49,313 bases of DNA from assembly GCA_945861685.1 (NCBI GenBank), contig CAMAVO010000003.1:1-49313 (forward strand), given 5' to 3'. The notes beneath the pieces were generated by a model. That model worked only from the letters and a program-made list of their open reading frames with translations, was not told where the DNA came from and searched no databases. The DNA is from Chitinophaga pinensis. Lineage in GTDB: Bacteria > Bacteroidota > Bacteroidia > SXHM01. A program made the translations under genes and the position numbers. Shown here piece by piece: positions 10,019-18,545 of this stretch; positions within the stretch are counted from its first letter, which is position 1, and each line of letters starts with the position of its first letter.

Positions 10019-12262
10019 TTAATCGTATTGGGTGTCTTTATTCTTGTTTTGAAGTTTCTCTTTGCCGTATCTCACACAATCTAATTCCACTTTTATGGGT
10101 GTTGATGGTCGCTCAAAAGGTCCTTGCGAAATACCAAGTGTAGGGTCGGCATAAACCTTTTTCATGTATAAAGCCCAAATAGGCAATGCCATAGAAGCAC
10201 CCTGCCCTAAAGCCATTCCGCGGAAGTGGGCGCTACGGTCTTCGCAACCTACCCATGCTCCGGAAACCAGATTAGGAGTTAATCCCATGAACCAGCCATC
10301 ACTGTTGTTTTGTGTAGTTCCGGTTTTTCCGGCAATGGGGTTCATCATTTTGTAGCGGTAGCGGAGTCTTACACCCGAACCTCCCTGCACAACACCTTCC
10401 AATAAATTCAATGTTACATAAGCAGTTTCTTCGCTCATGGCTTCGTTTGTTATAGGAACAAATTCCTGCAACACGTTTCCGTTTTTATCTTCAATGCGGG
10501 TGATGTAAACCGGCTTTGTGTAAACACCTTTATTTGCAAATGTTGAATTTGCTCCCACCATTTCATACACAGAAATATCAGGTGTACCGAGGCAGATAGA
10601 AGGAACCGGATCAATCGGTGAAGTAACGCCCATTTTGCGAACTAAGTTAATCACTGCTTCGGGACCGTATTGTTTCATTACCCAAGCAGTAACATAGTTG
10701 ACAGATTGTGCCAACGCAAACTTGAGTGAAATTTCTTCGCCTTCGTGTTTGTGATCTGAATTTTTTGGGGTCCAGTTTTTCAACAAACCGAAAGTTCCTT
10801 TTTCAAAAGTATAAGGACGGTTTAACACTTTGTAACAAGGCGAATACCCTTCCTGAATAGCCAATGCATATACAAATGGTTTGAAGGTTGAACCTACCTG
10901 ACGTTTGCCGTAATAGACCTGATCGTATTTAAAATGCTTATAGTTGATACCGCCAACCCAAGCTTTTACGTAACCGGTTTGCGGATCCATGGACATAAAG
11001 CCCGTGTTGAGAAAATGCTTGTAGTAACGGATGGAATCCATGGGTGTGAGCACTGTGTCAATTTCTCCTTTGTAGGAAAAGATGGACATTTCGGTTGGCG
11101 TGTTGAATGATCTTTCAATGGAATCCATTGGCGCTTTTTGCAGTTTCATTTTGCGGTAACGCTCCGTGCGTTTCATCGCCTGCTTCATCACTTTCGGAAT
11201 TTCTTCATCCGTAAGTTGATAGAAAGGAGCTTTGCTTCTGCCTTTATGTTCTTTGAAAAATGATTCCTGCAACACCGATAAATGTTCGCGCACTGCTTCT
11301 TCTGCATAAATCTGCATCCTGGAATTGATGGTGGTGTAAATCTTCAATCCATCGCGGTACAAATCATAATTGGTGCCGTCAGGTTTTTTATTTTCCTTGC
11401 ACCACCGGATCAATTCACCACGCAAAAATTCGCGGAAATAGGTTGCGCTTCCCTCATTGTGGTCAACACTTCTGTAAATGAGTTTAAGAGGTATTTGTTT
11501 GAGTGAATCATACTTTACTTTTTCGAGGTAACCGTAATTCACCATTTGCATCATCACCACATTGCGCCTGTGTTCGGTAGTGTCGGGTCTTCTGCGGGGA
11601 TTAAACAGTGAAGGATTTTTAGCCATGCCTACCAACAAAGCAGCTTCCTCAATTTTCAAGGAGTCAGGAGAGGTATTGAAATAAACGCTTGCTGCGGTTT
11701 GAATGCCCACGGCATTGTGAAGAAAGTCAAACTCATTGAGGTACATGGTCAGGATTTCCTGCTTGGTGTAACGTCTTTCCAGTTTCACGGCAATAATCCA
11801 TTCCGAAAGTTTTTCAATTACAATACCTCCGTTCATCGCTTTGCGGGTATTGAAAAGTTGTTTCGCTAATTGTTGTGTAATCGTGCTTCCTCCACCGCTG
11901 CTGGTGTTTCCGGTAAGAACGCCTTTTACTACACGCATCAATGCCCGAAAGTCAATTCCTGAATGTTCGTAGAAACGGGCATCTTCGGTTGCCACCAAGG
12001 CATTTACCAGATCGGGTGAAAGGTTTTCGTAGCGTGCCTGTGTGCGGTTTACTGCGTAGTAGCTTCCCAGCACTTTCTGGTCGGCAGAAATAACCTGCGA
12101 AGCAAGCATGCTCTTGGGGTTTTCCAGCTCTTCCAGACTGGGCAATTCGCCAAACAGACCTACTGAAATGAGCAGAATAATTAATCCAATCAGCAGCAAA
12201 GGGGATGCAAACAGCAGCCAGAAGAGACGTGCGTATTTATTGTTATCGGTGGTTTTTGCCAT
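10019..12262 (-). CDS. Class A penicillin-binding protein (PBP1A-type transglycosylase/transpeptidase)
   Basis: ATEDARF, GGGSTITQQLAK, GSTFKP (SxxK), SVN and KTGT motifs; N-terminal TM. ATG start at 12262. Confidence 0.93.
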   Translation of the reverse strand: MAKTTDNNKYARLFWLLFASPLLLIGLIILLISVGLFGELPSLEELENPKSMLASQVISADQKVLGSYYAVNRTQARYENLSPDLVNALVATEDARFYEHSGIDFRALMRVVKGVLTGNTSSGGGSTITQQLAKQLFNTRKAMNGGIVIEKLSEWIIAVKLERRYTKQEILTMYLNEFDFLHNAVGIQTAASVYFNTSPDSLKIEEAALLVGMAKNPSLFNPRRRPDTTEHRRNVVMMQMVNYGYLEKVKYDSLKQIPLKLIYRSVDHNEGSATYFREFLRGELIRWCKENKKPDGTNYDLYRDGLKIYTTINSRMQIYAEEAVREHLSVLQESFFKEHKGRSKAPFYQLTDEEIPKVMKQAMKRTERYRKMKLQKAPMDSIERSFNTPTEMSIFSYKGEIDTVLTPMDSIRYYKHFLNTGFMSMDPQTGYVKAWVGGINYKHFKYDQVYYGKRQVGSTFKPFVYALAIQEGYSPCYKVLNRPYTFEKGTFGLLKNWTPKNSDHKHEGEEISLKFALAQSVNYVTAWVMKQYGPEAVINLVRKMGVTSPIDPVPSICLGTPDISVYEMVGANSTFANKGVYTKPVYITRIEDKNGNVLQEFVPITNEAMSEETAYVTLNLLEGVVQGGSGVRLRYRYKMMNPIAGKTGTTQNNSDGWFMGLTPNLVSGAWVGCEDRSAHFRGMALGQGASMALPIWALYMKKVYADPTLGISQGPFERPSTPIKVELDCVRYGKEKLQNKNKDTQYD

Positions 12263-12272
12263 GGTTTGTTTC

Positions 12273-12334
12273 GTCACCCTGAACTTGTTTCAGTGTCTTT
12301 AATCACCAAGATGTTGAAACAAGTTCAGCATGAC
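12273..12334. repeat. REP-like inverted repeat (GTCA..CTGAACTTGTTTCA type) in the PBP 5' region
   Basis: 20-bp arms at 12273-12292 and 12315-12334 with 2 mismatches. Confidence 0.8.
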
Positions 12335-12346
12335 GGCAATTTTGCC

Positions 12347-12354
12347 CAAAAGTA
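12347..12354 (-). promoter_or_regulatory. -7 element (TACTTTTG) for the PBP-scoA transcript
   Basis: TAnnTTTG match upstream of the PBP start. Confidence 0.55.
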
Positions 12355-12424
12355 ATACAAATCTCATGAAGGGATTTGGGTATTAAACGAAAAGACTAAC
12401 AGGAAATTGTTGGAAGTGCAAATT

Positions 12425-12870
12425 GTTTTTTCTCTTCCGGAGTTTTCGCTGCCTCTTGCAGCGGTGTTGCTCCCACTTGCAAAGGTTTTGTTGTCTCCTG
12501 CAGGACTGTTGCTGCCTCTTGCAGAGCTTTTGTTGTCTCTTGCAAGACTGTTGTTCCTTCTTGCAGAGGTGTGTGCGTCTCTTGCAGGACTTTTGCTCCC
12601 TCTTGCGGAGGTGTTGCTGCCTCTTGCAGAGGTGTGAGTGCCTCTTGCAAGACTGTTGTTGCCTCTTGCAGCGGTGTTGCTCCCTCTTGCGGTACTTACA
12701 GCATTAATTGCATAGCAATTGGTGTTAATTGCGGCACAGTGAGTGTTAATTGTAGAGATGTTGCTCCCTCTTGCAGGACTGTGAGCGCCTCTTGCAGCGC
12801 TGTGAGTATGGGTTTATTGGGTAATAATGTCAGTTTATGGGGTGTTTTGTGCCTAATTGGCAGAAAACTG
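12425..12870. repeat. Degenerate 21-bp tandem array, about 18 units with core CTCTTGCA plus a degenerate tail
   Basis: Core recurs every 21 bp from 12432 to 12789 without phase slip. Three TAATTG variants at 12705, 12726 and 12747. A 24-bp exact repeat occurs at 12451 and 12661. Confidence 0.92.
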
Positions 12871-12909
12871 GGTAAGAACCTACCGCTGCACGGCAATTTT
12901 GTGGTATTG

Positions 12910-15444
12910 CTACCTCCTCATAAACACCACTTTACCAGTTGCCATGCTTTCGTTAGTTTGCAAACGGATAAAATAAATCCCTTGTGCCAATCCCAAGCCA
13001 GCAAGGTTAATACTTAACCGGTTTATTCCCAGTTGAGGAATTGCCTTTTCTGATTTACCAATGTCATACAATAGTTGTCCGTTTACATCATACAATTGCA
13101 GGGTTAGATTTTCTGCTTTGGTTAATGTATATTCTATGTTTACTACATCCCCCGTTTGTGTTGGATAAACATTGAAATCAAAAAATGATTCCTGCTCGTT
13201 AATGCCGATGGTAATGTCGGTAAACACAGCTGTTATGGTATCACTTGTTGTAAAATCTGTGAAAACATGCGGATCGAGTGTGCTGTTGCTTAATACATTT
13301 CCGTTAGTGGTTTCCCAATGACTGAAGACAAAATTTGTATTAGCTGTTGCGGTGAGGTTGGTAGTTATATTTCCGAAATAGGTTCCTGTCCAAGGAAACT
13401 GATTCAGATTAAGTGAATTGAACAGAATTGTTCCTGCACCGGCAGGTTCGGTTTTCAGGGTAATATCATACGGTCCGGTTAAGGCATAGCAATCGGTCCA
13501 GCTGGTTGTTAATGCTGTGCAGCGGTCATCAATAAAGTCACGTAACTGCTGAACGTTTTGTGTCCACTCGTTGTACGTTCCGCTCCAGCGATTTGAGTGA
13601 CGTGTCATTTCGGGAGCAATCAATGCGGCAGTGCTGTCTAATTTGGGCAGCATGTTTTCGCAACTGAAAACGGTGTTCCATAAATCAATCTGGCGCGAAA
13701 TGTAATAATCGTTGAACCCTTCATTTTCGCGCAGTTTCATCAGCACACCGATGTGATCTTCGGGGTCGGAATCTCCGTCTAATCCTTCGGGGTCACAGAC
13801 ATCTGCGTTTGGTGAAATATCGGGAATGCCGGTGTAATTGATGTAGTGACCGAATGTGGCATCGTTGTCCCAAAGTGCATAACCCCACTTAAGATGTGTA
13901 CCGTTGGGATCGGTACCGCGCCACCATGCTGTGTTCCAGTTCAGCCAGTCGGAGCAAACAGTGAACATATTTACCAATACATAATCGGTAAGGCTGGTTA
14001 CATCGTAGCGGTCTGCGACATACTGGTAATTATTTTGCACACTTAGATCGTTGTTCATGATATAGTCATATAGCGTATACCAATCATCAAGGGCTGCCTG
14101 TCCGCCATATTCAGCCCAGGTATTTCCCCATGTTTCGATGTAATAAAGGTTAAACTTATCCTGATTGTAATAATATTTGGTGTTGTCGTGATCATCAGGA
14201 TTGTCGCGTAAATCATATACTCCCCAATAAGCACCGTTGAGGTAAATAACACATTTAGAACCTCTGCGCACATCAAGATTTAAGCCTCCCTGCAAACTTA
14301 GATTATGAATAAATGCATCGCGCAGGTGAGCACTACCGGCATTAGAAGGATTATGGTCTGCAGGATAATTATCATCACCGGCTGCACGAAGTATCACACG
14401 CTGAAAATTATTACGGTCGGTGGTATTAAATAATGGCGTTTCTACCGAATGGTTGTAACCCATTTCATCACGCGAAACAAAATCCAGACTGCGCTGACTG
14501 TTTGCCCACGAATCCTGTCCGTGGCTGTTGAACTCGCCATAACTTTTTGCGGTGCGGGTTCCTGAAGTATCAAAATATTCAAAGCTTCCGTAAGGGCGCA
14601 GACTGTTGTCGCCATTAGCAAGTGTGGTAAGCTGTGAACCTGTAACAGAAACAACGGGCAGGCTATGCGTTTCGTTTATAAAATACGTTTCAAAACGAAT
14701 GAAACTGCTGAGAATATTTGCATTGGTGGAATAAGTTTTTGCTTTTATCACCGTAGTTGCCGAAACAGTAATAGGTCCTGTATAAAGCGTAGATGATTGC
14801 AGCGGTTCATTTCCGTTGAGCGTGTAACGGATAGAAGAACTGGGTTCTGTTGTGGTAAGCGTAACAGTTTGTGTAGTTGTATAAAATCCTGCTGCAACAC
14901 TCGCCACCGGCTTTACGGAATAAGCACTGTAAGGTGTGGAGGTATTGTTAGATGCGTTGGGTGTGGGTGTACTGAAAATACTCCATCCGCTGTTACCGTT
15001 GGTAGTGCGCCCGTATGAGTGACCTACCTTGGTTGTGAACGTGATTTTATAATCAATGATAACGCCTGAAGCGTTGGAGAACACCACAAACTCGCCATTA
15101 TTTTTTGTTTGCTTGAGTGTGAAATTGGTGTGGTAATTTCCGACTGTTGAAACATCTCTGCCCGATGCCCAGATGCGCAGATAACTATTTCCAGCAATGG
15201 ATACGCCTGAAGGAAATTGCCATTTGGTATTGTTCAGTGAATCATCACTGAGGTAATAACCTGTAAGATTTACGGCACTTCCGGTTGTATTGTAAAGTTC
15301 AATCCAGTCGTTGTAATCATTGTGGTCGTCAACATACTGATTGAGGTTAGAGCAGGAGAATTCGTTGATTACAATTTGAGCCGGACAATTGATAATTGAC
15401 AATTGACAATTGATAATTACTAAAATGAGAAAAAGTTTCTTCAT
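12910..15444 (-). CDS. CotH kinase-family secreted protein: lamin-tail domain, FN3-associated/chitobiase-like domain, CotH domain, T9SS type A CTD
   Basis: IVINE...DWIELYN (LTD); IRYTLNGNEP; YLNGAYWGVY, DW..WN and LWDND (CotH); VYP...GIYFIRL CTD. ATG start at 15444. Confidence 0.85.
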   Translation of the reverse strand: MKKLFLILVIINCQLSIINCPAQIVINEFSCSNLNQYVDDHNDYNDWIELYNTTGSAVNLTGYYLSDDSLNNTKWQFPSGVSIAGNSYLRIWASGRDVSTVGNYHTNFTLKQTKNNGEFVVFSNASGVIIDYKITFTTKVGHSYGRTTNGNSGWSIFSTPTPNASNNTSTPYSAYSVKPVASVAAGFYTTTQTVTLTTTEPSSSIRYTLNGNEPLQSSTLYTGPITVSATTVIKAKTYSTNANILSSFIRFETYFINETHSLPVVSVTGSQLTTLANGDNSLRPYGSFEYFDTSGTRTAKSYGEFNSHGQDSWANSQRSLDFVSRDEMGYNHSVETPLFNTTDRNNFQRVILRAAGDDNYPADHNPSNAGSAHLRDAFIHNLSLQGGLNLDVRRGSKCVIYLNGAYWGVYDLRDNPDDHDNTKYYYNQDKFNLYYIETWGNTWAEYGGQAALDDWYTLYDYIMNNDLSVQNNYQYVADRYDVTSLTDYVLVNMFTVCSDWLNWNTAWWRGTDPNGTHLKWGYALWDNDATFGHYINYTGIPDISPNADVCDPEGLDGDSDPEDHIGVLMKLRENEGFNDYYISRQIDLWNTVFSCENMLPKLDSTAALIAPEMTRHSNRWSGTYNEWTQNVQQLRDFIDDRCTALTTSWTDCYALTGPYDITLKTEPAGAGTILFNSLNLNQFPWTGTYFGNITTNLTATANTNFVFSHWETTNGNVLSNSTLDPHVFTDFTTSDTITAVFTDITIGINEQESFFDFNVYPTQTGDVVNIEYTLTKAENLTLQLYDVNGQLLYDIGKSEKAIPQLGINRLSINLAGLGLAQGIYFIRLQTNESMATGKVVFMRR
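15384..15418. repeat. Five tandem 7-bp GAYAATT units within the signal-peptide coding region
   Basis: gacaatt-gataatt-gacaatt-gacaatt-gataatt, encoding IINCQLSIINC. Confidence 0.85.
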
Positions 15445-15459
15445 GGATTTTATTTTCAA

Positions 15460-15467
15460 CAAAGATA
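15460..15467 (-). promoter_or_regulatory. -7 element (TATCTTTG) for the CotH-family gene
   Basis: TAnnTTTG match just upstream of the ATG at 15444. Confidence 0.55.
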
Positions 15468-15508
15468 TATTTTCCGCACACAGCCTTCAAAATCATTAAA
15501 ATTGCAGA

Positions 15509-16564
15509 ATGAAAACCTACTCGCGCACAGTAACCGCTGCACCTGAAAAATTGGTGGAGAACGGAAAGTATAATCTTGGTTGTTTCAACACGCCCGTTAA
15601 GCAGGCTAATCTGTTGGATTTTCCTGCGCCTTATAAACTGCCGTTGCCGCGTGCACTGAAAGCTTTACAATTGCGAGAGTGGCAGGCTTTTCAATTGATG
15701 GGCAAAGACCATTTTGTGATGGTGGCTATTTACAATGCCAAGAAAATTTCGCTGGTGCAGTTTATTGTTTACGACATTAAAAACAACCACAAAATAAAAT
15801 ACGAGAAGAAGGTGGCTTCGTGGGATTTAACGGTACCTGATACGTTGTATAATTCGGTGGCATCTTATACCAGCAAGAACTTTTCGCTTGAGGCAAAGCA
15901 TAATATTGCTACCAATAAATTAGAACTTACTGCCTGGATAAAAGGCTTTCAAAATCTTCCGGATGTGAATGCGCACTTCAGCGGGCTGCACGATGTTATA
16001 ACCTACACGCCTATGGTGGTTTGCAATCCGTTTTCGGCAGGCAGAGTAATGTATTCGCACAAATGTCTGATGCCGATGGAAGGAGAGTTGGTAATTGGCG
16101 ACAAGCACTTAAAGTTTGAGCAAAGTGATTCGCAAATGATATTAGACGACCACAAAGGGTATTATCCCTACCCAACCGTTTATGACTGGGTAACGGGTAT
16201 GGGGCGTGATAAAGAAAACCGCATTGTTGGTTTTAACCTTACCAACAATCAGGTGATAGAACAGGAAAAATATAATGAGAACTGTTTGTGGCACGGTGGT
16301 CAATTGCATCCGCTGCCCCCCATAAAAGTAAAACGCCCCGAGGGTGTAAAAGGCAAGTGGCAGATAAGTGATGAATACGATATGGTGAATCTGGAATTCA
16401 CGCCCGTTATCCATACATCGGTGAACATAAATCTGCTGATTTTAAAAAGTCAGTACGAGGGGCCTTACGGTTTTTTTAACGGCTACCTGAAAAAGACAAC
16501 AGGCGAAAAAGTGATGATTGAAAATATGTTTGGTATGGGTGAGGATTTTTATTTAAGAGCATGA
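15509..16564 (+). CDS. DUF2804-like protein
   Basis: LREWQAF, YSHK, LDDHKGYYPY..YDW, GFNL, NEN.LW..G and PYG.F.G motifs. Confidence 0.7.
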   Translation: MKTYSRTVTAAPEKLVENGKYNLGCFNTPVKQANLLDFPAPYKLPLPRALKALQLREWQAFQLMGKDHFVMVAIYNAKKISLVQFIVYDIKNNHKIKYEKKVASWDLTVPDTLYNSVASYTSKNFSLEAKHNIATNKLELTAWIKGFQNLPDVNAHFSGLHDVITYTPMVVCNPFSAGRVMYSHKCLMPMEGELVIGDKHLKFEQSDSQMILDDHKGYYPYPTVYDWVTGMGRDKENRIVGFNLTNNQVIEQEKYNENCLWHGGQLHPLPPIKVKRPEGVKGKWQISDEYDMVNLEFTPVIHTSVNINLLILKSQYEGPYGFFNGYLKKTTGEKVMIENMFGMGEDFYLRA

Positions 16565-17238
16565 AGAAAATTAAGTTGGCAGCGGCAGGTGGCAGGTGGC
16601 AGTATTGGATGACTGCCGCCTGCTGCTTTCTGGTGCTTACCTCCCAAGCGCAGGAATGGAAACTGGTTAAAGATGAAGACGGCATAAAAGTTTATTCGCG
16701 CCTGCCCGAGGGTGCTAAATTTGATGAGGTGCGTGCCACCATGCGTGTAAAAACAACTCTTTCGGCTTTTACCGCTTTACTGAAAGATGTTCCGGGCTAT
16801 ACTGAGTGGGCTTATAACTGCGTGGAAGCAAAAATGGTACTTGCTGTTTGCGACACAGCGCAATGCTATTATACGCATACCGGTTTACCGTGGCCGGCCA
16901 GCGACCGCGACCAGGTTTTCCGTTCGTCACTGAAACAGGATAGCGTTACAAGGGTTATCAGAACTAATTCTGTTTGTGTGGTTGATATGGTAAAAGAAAA
17001 TGACGGAATTGTAAGAATTAAAGAAGGAAAAACCGGATGGACACTTACTCCGCTTGCGGGAGGCTTTGTTGATGTGGAATATTTCGCAAAAATAAATCCG
17101 GGCGGAAGTGTGCCGGCATGGCTGGTAAATTCCACTATTGATATGGGACCATTTAATACACTTAAAAAAGCCCGCGAACTGCTGGAAGGTGGAAAGTATA
17201 AAGACGCTACCTTCTGGTTTGTGAAGGAGTTGGAATAA
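16561..17238 (+). CDS. START-domain (lipid-binding SRPBCC) secreted protein
   Basis: WKLVKDEDGIKVY, PWPASDRD and PGGSVPAWLVN motifs; signal peptide. Confidence 0.88.
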   Translation: MKKIKLAAAGGRWQYWMTAACCFLVLTSQAQEWKLVKDEDGIKVYSRLPEGAKFDEVRATMRVKTTLSAFTALLKDVPGYTEWAYNCVEAKMVLAVCDTAQCYYTHTGLPWPASDRDQVFRSSLKQDSVTRVIRTNSVCVVDMVKENDGIVRIKEGKTGWTLTPLAGGFVDVEYFAKINPGGSVPAWLVNSTIDMGPFNTLKKARELLEGGKYKDATFWFVKELE

Positions 17239-17249
17239 ACATTATCACA

Positions 17250-17705
17250 ATGAAGTACTTTATACTTTTTCTTAGCATTCTCATCATCAATGCTTGTTCC
17301 TCTAAAACCAATTGCCCCGGGGAGGCCGATAACACGCTGCTTCAAAAAGTATCTGTTTATTCCAGCGATAGTATTGTTGCTGCAACCTATTTCAGTGCCG
17401 ATACCAATTGGGCAGAACTGGCAAAAGCCTTATGGCAGGAAAAAAACAAACTGCTTGCAGGAAAAGATTCAACTACAATCTTCTACCTTCTGGTTTTTAA
17501 TAACTGCAGGCACACCCCTGATATTTCTGCTGACTACACTACAGCATGGAACCCCGATTTAATGACTTACCGTTACTGCATCCTGGATAATGGTTTTGGC
17601 TTTACACGCTTTTGCTACGGTATTCGCTTTGACGAAGGCAGAATAGGGGATTGGGCATATTTTCGCTATGTAAATAATGACGGTTCATTGGCAAAAGTGG
17701 AATAA
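17250..17705 (+). CDS. Hypothetical lipoprotein
   Basis: Signal peptide with INA-C lipobox; 11 bp downstream of the previous gene. Confidence 0.65.
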   Translation: MKYFILFLSILIINACSSKTNCPGEADNTLLQKVSVYSSDSIVAATYFSADTNWAELAKALWQEKNKLLAGKDSTTIFYLLVFNNCRHTPDISADYTTAWNPDLMTYRYCILDNGFGFTRFCYGIRFDEGRIGDWAYFRYVNNDGSLAKVE

Positions 17706-17719
17706 TTCGCAGCCTTTCT

Positions 17720-17727
17720 TATTTTTG
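17720..17727 (+). promoter_or_regulatory. -7 element (TATTTTTG) for yebC
   Basis: TAnnTTTG match about 50 bp upstream of the ATG. Confidence 0.55.
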
Positions 17728-17776
17728 CCGCCCCCAACATTAAACATTGGACTTTCAACTTTAAACCGATACAGCA

Positions 17777-18484
17777 ATGGGAAGAGTATTTGAAAAACGC
17801 AAACACACCATGTTTGCCCGCTTCGACAAGATGGCGAAAGGCTTTACCAAAATAGGTAAAGAGATAGGTATAGCAATAAAACAAGGTGGTGCCGACCCGG
17901 GCTCAAACCCGCGACTGCGCGCTGCCATGCAAAATGCTAAGGCTATCAACATGCCGAAGGACAGAGTTGATGCCGCCATCAAACGTGCGTCTAGCAAAGA
18001 GGAAAAAGACTTTGAAGAAAGTACTTTTGAGGGTTATGGTCCTTATGGTATTGCCATGCTGATTGAGTGCGCCAGCGATAATAACACACGCACAGTTGCC
18101 AACATACGCATGTATTTTTCGCGGGCAAATGGTGCGCTGGGAACTACCGGCTCTGTAGCGTTTATGTTTGAGCGCAAAGGTGTTTTCACGATTGACGACA
18201 CCGGAAAAGACATTGAAGAACTTGAACTGGACCTGATTGACCATGGTCTGGAAGAGATAAATAAAGACGAAGACGGCACGTTCCTGTACACCGATTTTGT
18301 TGACATGGGCAGAATGCAGAAAGCCCTGGAAGAAAAACATATTCCAATTCTAAGTACTACCAAACAGCGCTTCCCCGCTACCACCTTAGAGTTAAACGAA
18401 GCGCAGCAAGCCGAAATAAACGCACTGATTGAACGCTTTGAAGACGATGACGATGTGCAGGCGGTGTATCATAATATGAAGTAA
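17777..18484 (+). CDS. yebC: YebC/PmpR family protein
   Basis: MGRVFEKRK, DP..NPRLR, NMPKD, EGYGPYG, DNNTRT and DDDDVQAVYHN motifs. Confidence 0.95.
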   Translation: MGRVFEKRKHTMFARFDKMAKGFTKIGKEIGIAIKQGGADPGSNPRLRAAMQNAKAINMPKDRVDAAIKRASSKEEKDFEESTFEGYGPYGIAMLIECASDNNTRTVANIRMYFSRANGALGTTGSVAFMFERKGVFTIDDTGKDIEELELDLIDHGLEEINKDEDGTFLYTDFVDMGRMQKALEEKHIPILSTTKQRFPATTLELNEAQQAEINALIERFEDDDDVQAVYHNMK

Positions 18485-18545
18485 CACATTAACACCTGAA
18501 TACAATATTTTCTATATTCGCAGCCCCAAATAAAAAAAGATAACG

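Noticed and set aside
12407-13017. Plus-strand Cys-rich or Leu-rich ORFs across the 21-bp array (metallothionein- or RiPP-like)
   Set aside because: Several frames are open at once as a by-product of the repeat; no modifying enzymes lie nearby.
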